Positions 59,507 through 64,000 of a stretch of 64,000 nt of DNA are shown in pieces. A model generated the notes under the pieces. That model was given only the letters and a program-made list of their open reading frames with translations. It was not told where the DNA came from and searched no databases. Location of the stretch: NCBI GenBank assembly GCA_041666745.1, contig JBAYGI010000006.1, positions 3,474-67,473 on the forward strand, given 5' to 3'. This stretch comes from Candidatus Magasanikiibacteriota bacterium (lineage in GTDB: Bacteria; Patescibacteriota; Patescibacteriia; Magasanikbacterales; GWA2-37-8). Made by a program: the position numbers and the translations under genes. Within the stretch, counting starts at the first letter, position 1. The number at the start of each line of letters is the position of its first letter.

Positions 59507-61159
59507 TTAAAATTTTGGTGGCTCGGCCATTCTTAATAATTCTTCTAAAGTGGTTATACCATTTTTAACTTTTTCTATACCATCTTCAAACAAAGTAACC
59601 GATCCTTGTTTTCTGGCAATTTTCCAAATTTGAGCAGTCGAAGGATGTTGTAAAATCAATTCTTGCAGTTCAGGAGTGACCTCGATGAATTCGTAGATAG
59701 CGGTGCGACCACGAAAACCGGTATTGCCACAACTGGCGCACCCTTTGCCTTTGTATAGTACGATATGTTTTCCGGAAAAATATTTTTGTGCATCTTGAGG
59801 AATAGTTTTTTTGACGTCTTCTTTGCTTAGTGTAGTGCTAAAACGACACTGGTCGCAGATTTTTCGAACCAAACGTTGAGCAATCAGAACAACTAAAGTA
59901 GACGACAATAAAAACGGCTCAATATCCATATCCAAAAGACGTGGCACTGCGGTGGCGGCGTCATTGGCGTGGAAAGTAGACAACAACAAATGCCCGGTAA
60001 GCGCGGCGTTTACTGCAGTTTCGGCGGTTTCTTGGTCACGAATTTCACCAACCAATATAATATCCGGATCTTGGCGGACAATAGAGCGCAAACCTTTGGC
60101 GAATGTGAGGTTGGTTTGTGAATTGACTTGAATCTGGTTGACACCCGGCATTTTGTATTCTACCGGATCCTCGATAGTTGTAATATTGACAGTCGGGTTG
60201 TTTAATAATTTTAATAAAGCATAAAGCGAAGTGGTTTTGCCGGAACCGGTTGGCCCAGTCACCAAAATCATCCCAAAAGGTTTGTTTATTGCTTTTAATA
60301 GCAATTCTTGATCGTGTTTGGATAATCCCAAATCACTGAAAGAAAAACTGCGAACATATTGAGACAAAAGACGAATTACTACTTTTTCGCCATTGAGAGT
60401 TGGTAAAATGGAAATACGCATATCTACCGTGTATTTTTCTCTCACCTGTCTAGCGGCGCCATCTTGAGCGGAAAAATGCTCATCGATTGGTAGTTGGGCT
60501 TGAACTTTGATGCGGTTTAAAATATTGCCATAATAATCTTTTGGAATACGACCCGCTTCCTGCATCACACCATCAATACGAAAACGCACGATTACTTCTT
60601 TTTCTTGTGGTTCCAAGTGAATATCTGAAGCGCGATAAGCTACAGCGTCATCGACAATTTCGTCGATAATTTCCGGAGCGATTCGTTTTTGTTGTTTTAT
60701 AATCTCATTGAAACGTGTTTCCAGTGTTTTTAAATAATGGATAAAAGACTCTTCAACATCCTCAGTAAAAGAAAAAGTCACAACTATTTTTTTGCCCTTA
60801 AAAATAGTTTTTAATTTTTTGGTTAATTCCGCTTGGGTTGGGTCGTCTGTCGCTATTGTCAGCTCTTTGTCTGTTTGGCGAAATATTACGGCGTGGAATT
60901 GTTTGGCTACTTCTTCCGGTAATAATCGCACTTGTTCCTGACTAGGTTTGTAAGTGTTCAAATCAGAATAACTAACTTTGTATGATTCGGCTATAGCCTG
61001 TCCGAGCAGGTCTTTGTTGATAATTTCAGATGATAAAAGCCACTCCACTACAGTACCTTGGGTGGTTTTGATGGCGGTTTCGGCTTTGGAAATATCTTCG
61101 GCGGTAACATAATTTCCATCCAATAATATTTGTTTTATTTTTTTATCATCGATGTTCAT
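59507..61159 (-). CDS. pilB: type IV pilus assembly ATPase PilB/GspE
   Basis: Walker A GPTGSGKTT. Asp and His boxes. Tetracysteine CDQC...CASC. Confidence 0.9.
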   Translation of the reverse strand: MNIDDKKIKQILLDGNYVTAEDISKAETAIKTTQGTVVEWLLSSEIINKDLLGQAIAESYKVSYSDLNTYKPSQEQVRLLPEEVAKQFHAVIFRQTDKELTIATDDPTQAELTKKLKTIFKGKKIVVTFSFTEDVEESFIHYLKTLETRFNEIIKQQKRIAPEIIDEIVDDAVAYRASDIHLEPQEKEVIVRFRIDGVMQEAGRIPKDYYGNILNRIKVQAQLPIDEHFSAQDGAARQVREKYTVDMRISILPTLNGEKVVIRLLSQYVRSFSFSDLGLSKHDQELLLKAINKPFGMILVTGPTGSGKTTSLYALLKLLNNPTVNITTIEDPVEYKMPGVNQIQVNSQTNLTFAKGLRSIVRQDPDIILVGEIRDQETAETAVNAALTGHLLLSTFHANDAATAVPRLLDMDIEPFLLSSTLVVLIAQRLVRKICDQCRFSTTLSKEDVKKTIPQDAQKYFSGKHIVLYKGKGCASCGNTGFRGRTAIYEFIEVTPELQELILQHPSTAQIWKIARKQGSVTLFEDGIEKVKNGITTLEELLRMAEPPKF

Positions 61160-61165
61160 ATTTGT

Positions 61166-61552
61166 TTAAGACATTAAAGTGCCTACGATATAATCAACAA
61201 TTTTATTTATTGGAGTGTCAGATTTTACAAAATACCATTTTGCGCCCATTGATTTTGCTTTTTGTGCATCGTCTTCTTGTCCCAAATTGGAGGAAACTAT
61301 TACCGGGGTTTTGTCTTTGTTTTCTTTCATGGCTTTCATTACCCCAAAACCATCTAATTTTGGTATCATCAAATCCAACAACACCAAATCAAATTTTTGT
61401 TTTTTTAAATTTTCCAAGGCCGCTTCCCCATCGGAAGCAATCACAGTTTCAAAACCGGAATGGCTTAATTTTAATTCCAAAGCATGAGCCATCGGTTTTT
61501 CGTCCTCTACTATTAAAATCTTTTTTAATTTTTTATCAGAAGTTGTTGGCAT
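61166..61552 (-). CDS. single-domain CheY-like response regulator
   Basis: DD...D...K receiver residues (VEDE, DLVLLDLMIP, K near the C-terminus). Confidence 0.8.
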   Translation of the reverse strand: MPTTSDKKLKKILIVEDEKPMAHALELKLSHSGFETVIASDGEAALENLKKQKFDLVLLDLMIPKLDGFGVMKAMKENKDKTPVIVSSNLGQEDDAQKAKSMGAKWYFVKSDTPINKIVDYIVGTLMS

Positions 61553-61627
61553 AAAATATTTATTGTTAACATTATATCACAAAATTACGTTTCAAACAAA
61601 AAGTTTTAAACAAAATTAAATAAATTA

Positions 61628-61660
61628 AAAATACCGTTTGCCAGTTAGCAAACGGTATTT
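61628..61660 (-). terminator. terminator hairpin after uvrD
   Basis: aaaataccgtttgc...gcaaacggtatttt. Confidence 0.5.
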
Positions 61661-63750
61661 TATAAGTCATCAATATTTCGCAGGAAGCTACCCGGAGTGA
61701 TTTTAAAAGGCTGGTCTTCCGGAATATATTGAATCTCACCATCATCGTTGTCAAAAACCGTACTTTTGTAGGATAAAATAGAATGGTCGTCGATTAAATC
61801 TTGGCTAATTTCGGACAAAAACAGGCTCGGTCCGGCGGTGGAACCCCAGCTTTCGGTGGACATTGGATAGGTTAAAAAAAGATGTTTTTTGGCACGAGTG
61901 ATGGCCACATAAAACAATCGGCGTTCTTCTTCCAGTCCGTTTTGTTCGGACATAGCGCGACTGTTTGGAAAGGCATCATTGGCAATGTTGATAATAAATA
62001 CCACCTCCCATTCCAAACCCTTGGCCTGATGAATGGTGGACAAAACCAATCGTTTTTGTTGTTCATTTTGTTTTTGGTTGATGGTTGTTGATTTGGCAAA
62101 TGATTCTTGCAAGCTAGCCTCAGACAAAAAGTCCGAAAGATTTTTATGTTTGGCCGCAAAAGTCGCCATTTGTTCCAAATCTTTTTTTCTGTCTTCGCTG
62201 TCTAGATATTCAGAAGTGAGGTATTCGCTGTAACGAGAATTTATAATAGCCTCAACCAAATCACCGGGATTATTTTCCGGAACATACGATTCCAGTAGTA
62301 CATTAAAAATTTTCAGGAAATTATTGAAACCGGTTTGAGCTTTACCACCCAATATTTGTCCGAGATTTTTTAATTCATCAACGTTTTCCAGTTTTTGGAC
62401 AGCTTCGATAATTTTCTTAGCGGCCGATGAACCGACCCCTTCTTCGTGCAGTAACACTCTCAACCATGCGGTAGAATCAGACAGATTGTTTAAAATACGC
62501 AAATATCCCAGCACATCCTTGATATGGGCGCGATCAAAAAATCGCAAGCCACCACGATAATCGTACAATATTCCAGCTTTGGCCAGCTCCATTTCCAACA
62601 TTTGTGAGTGGTGGGCGGCGCGAAATAGCACGGCGATGTGGTGAGGGGACGTGCCTTGATCAATTAACTCATTTATTTTTTTAACTACAAAACTCGCTTC
62701 GTCGGACTGATCGTTTTTGGGATACAAGTTTGGTTTTATGCCTTCAGCTTTTATCGCCTTCAATTTTTTTGGATATTGGTGTCGATTGTTGGCGATCACT
62801 CCATTGGCCAGAGATAAAATTTCTTGGTGAGAACGATAATTTGTTTCCAGACGAAAAATTTTGGCATCCGGATATTTTTCTTCAAAGTTTAAAATGTTTT
62901 TTATATCGGCCGCGCGGAAAGAATAAATACTTTGTGCGTCATCGCCAACCACCAAAATATTGCGGTGGATTTTGGCTAACCTATCAATAATATTGGCTTG
63001 TAATTTGTTGGTATCTTGGTATTCATCCACCAAAATATATTGAAATTGATTGGAAAATTTTTCTTGAATTCCCGGGAGGTTCAACAACAAAGCCAAATTG
63101 ATGAGTAGGTCATCAAAATCCATGGCATTTGCTTCTTTTTTCTTTTGTTCATAGCGAGAAGAAATATCCCCGATAGTTTTGGACAAATGCCACCAAGCGG
63201 AAAATTTATCTTCAACTGTTTCCTCGATGCTTTTTTGTGAATTACGGGCAAAACTGATAATCGCGCCAACCACTTTGGCCGAAGGAAAACGCTCGGTAGT
63301 TTTAAATTCTTTAATACACATTTTTATCAAAGCCTGACTATCGTCGGCATCTAAAACCGTAAAATTATTTTTGTATCCCAAATGTGTGGCAAAGATTCGT
63401 AATATTTTATTGGCAATATGATGAAAAGTTCCTGACCATGGCAGAATGTTAGTGTCATTCCGACTGAGCGAAGCGAGTGGAGGAATCTCTTGGTTTAAGG
63501 GATTCCTTGGCTGTGCTCGGAATGACATCAATCTTTGGACGCGTTCAATCATTTCTTGAGCGGCACGATTGGTAAAAGTAACCAACAAAATATTTTCCGG
63601 TGCCACGCCTTTTTCCAATAAATAGGCAACTCGGTAAGTTATGGTGCGAGTTTTGCCCGAACCGGCTCCAGCCAAAACCAAACATGGGCCGTCACCGTTT
63701 AAAACGACGTCCTGTTGTTCTTTGTTCAGTTCTTGTTCAAAATTAATCAT
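61660..63750 (-). CDS. uvrD: UvrD/PcrA-family superfamily 1 DNA helicase
   Basis: Motif I AGAGSGKT, Ia TFTNRAAQEM, II VDEYQDT, and the rest of the helicase motif set. Confidence 0.9.
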   Translation of the reverse strand: MINFEQELNKEQQDVVLNGDGPCLVLAGAGSGKTRTITYRVAYLLEKGVAPENILLVTFTNRAAQEMIERVQRLMSFRAQPRNPLNQEIPPLASLSRNDTNILPWSGTFHHIANKILRIFATHLGYKNNFTVLDADDSQALIKMCIKEFKTTERFPSAKVVGAIISFARNSQKSIEETVEDKFSAWWHLSKTIGDISSRYEQKKKEANAMDFDDLLINLALLLNLPGIQEKFSNQFQYILVDEYQDTNKLQANIIDRLAKIHRNILVVGDDAQSIYSFRAADIKNILNFEEKYPDAKIFRLETNYRSHQEILSLANGVIANNRHQYPKKLKAIKAEGIKPNLYPKNDQSDEASFVVKKINELIDQGTSPHHIAVLFRAAHHSQMLEMELAKAGILYDYRGGLRFFDRAHIKDVLGYLRILNNLSDSTAWLRVLLHEEGVGSSAAKKIIEAVQKLENVDELKNLGQILGGKAQTGFNNFLKIFNVLLESYVPENNPGDLVEAIINSRYSEYLTSEYLDSEDRKKDLEQMATFAAKHKNLSDFLSEASLQESFAKSTTINQKQNEQQKRLVLSTIHQAKGLEWEVVFIINIANDAFPNSRAMSEQNGLEEERRLFYVAITRAKKHLFLTYPMSTESWGSTAGPSLFLSEISQDLIDDHSILSYKSTVFDNDDGEIQYIPEDQPFKITPGSFLRNIDDL
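63448..63532. repeat. family-1-related palindromic element inserted in frame inside uvrD
   Basis: 11-bp termini tgtcattccga / tcggaatgaca. Inner hairpin ggaatc/gattcc. Encodes the extra peptide FRAQPRNPLNQEIPPLASLSRND between helicase motifs Ia and Ib. Confidence 0.65.
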
Positions 63751-63768
63751 ATTGAATTTTCATTTTAA

Positions 63769-64000
<232 letters not shown>

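Overview
This is an AT-rich (roughly 35% GC by eye) bacterial chromosome segment, and gene content and architecture fit a Patescibacteria/CPR-like organism using the standard genetic code. It spans the replication origin (rpmH-rnpA-yidD divergent from dnaA-dnaN, with DnaA boxes and an AT-rich DUE), the str operon (rpsL-rpsG-fusA), riboflavin genes, PBP1A, a type IV pilus cluster (pilB, pilC, six pilin-like genes, a response regulator and a histidine kinase), polA, uvrD/pcrA, H+-pyrophosphatase, trigger factor, four tRNAs and many small housekeeping genes.

The main anomaly is at least eight short GC-rich islands (about 55-62% GC by eye) scattered across the window. Each carries one or two small orphan genes, most with its own near-consensus sigma70 promoter and a hairpin terminator. 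Two of them are paralogous secreted proteins that share a conserved ~80-bp 3' element.

Three families of structured intergenic repeats are present. One is a TGTCATTCCCGCGAAAGCGGGAATC hairpin family, with one copy inserted in frame inside uvrD and an inverted pair bracketing a 410-bp GC-rich mini-cassette. One is a ~58-bp element with compensatory base changes, sitting inside the loops of two unrelated terminator hairpins. One is a ~60-75-bp direct repeat pair flanking a 1.8-kb two-gene module (a STAS-like/GHKL ATPase fusion plus a STAS-like partner).

No CRISPR array, integrase or transposase is visible. All functional calls rest on motif recognition by eye; no database search was possible.
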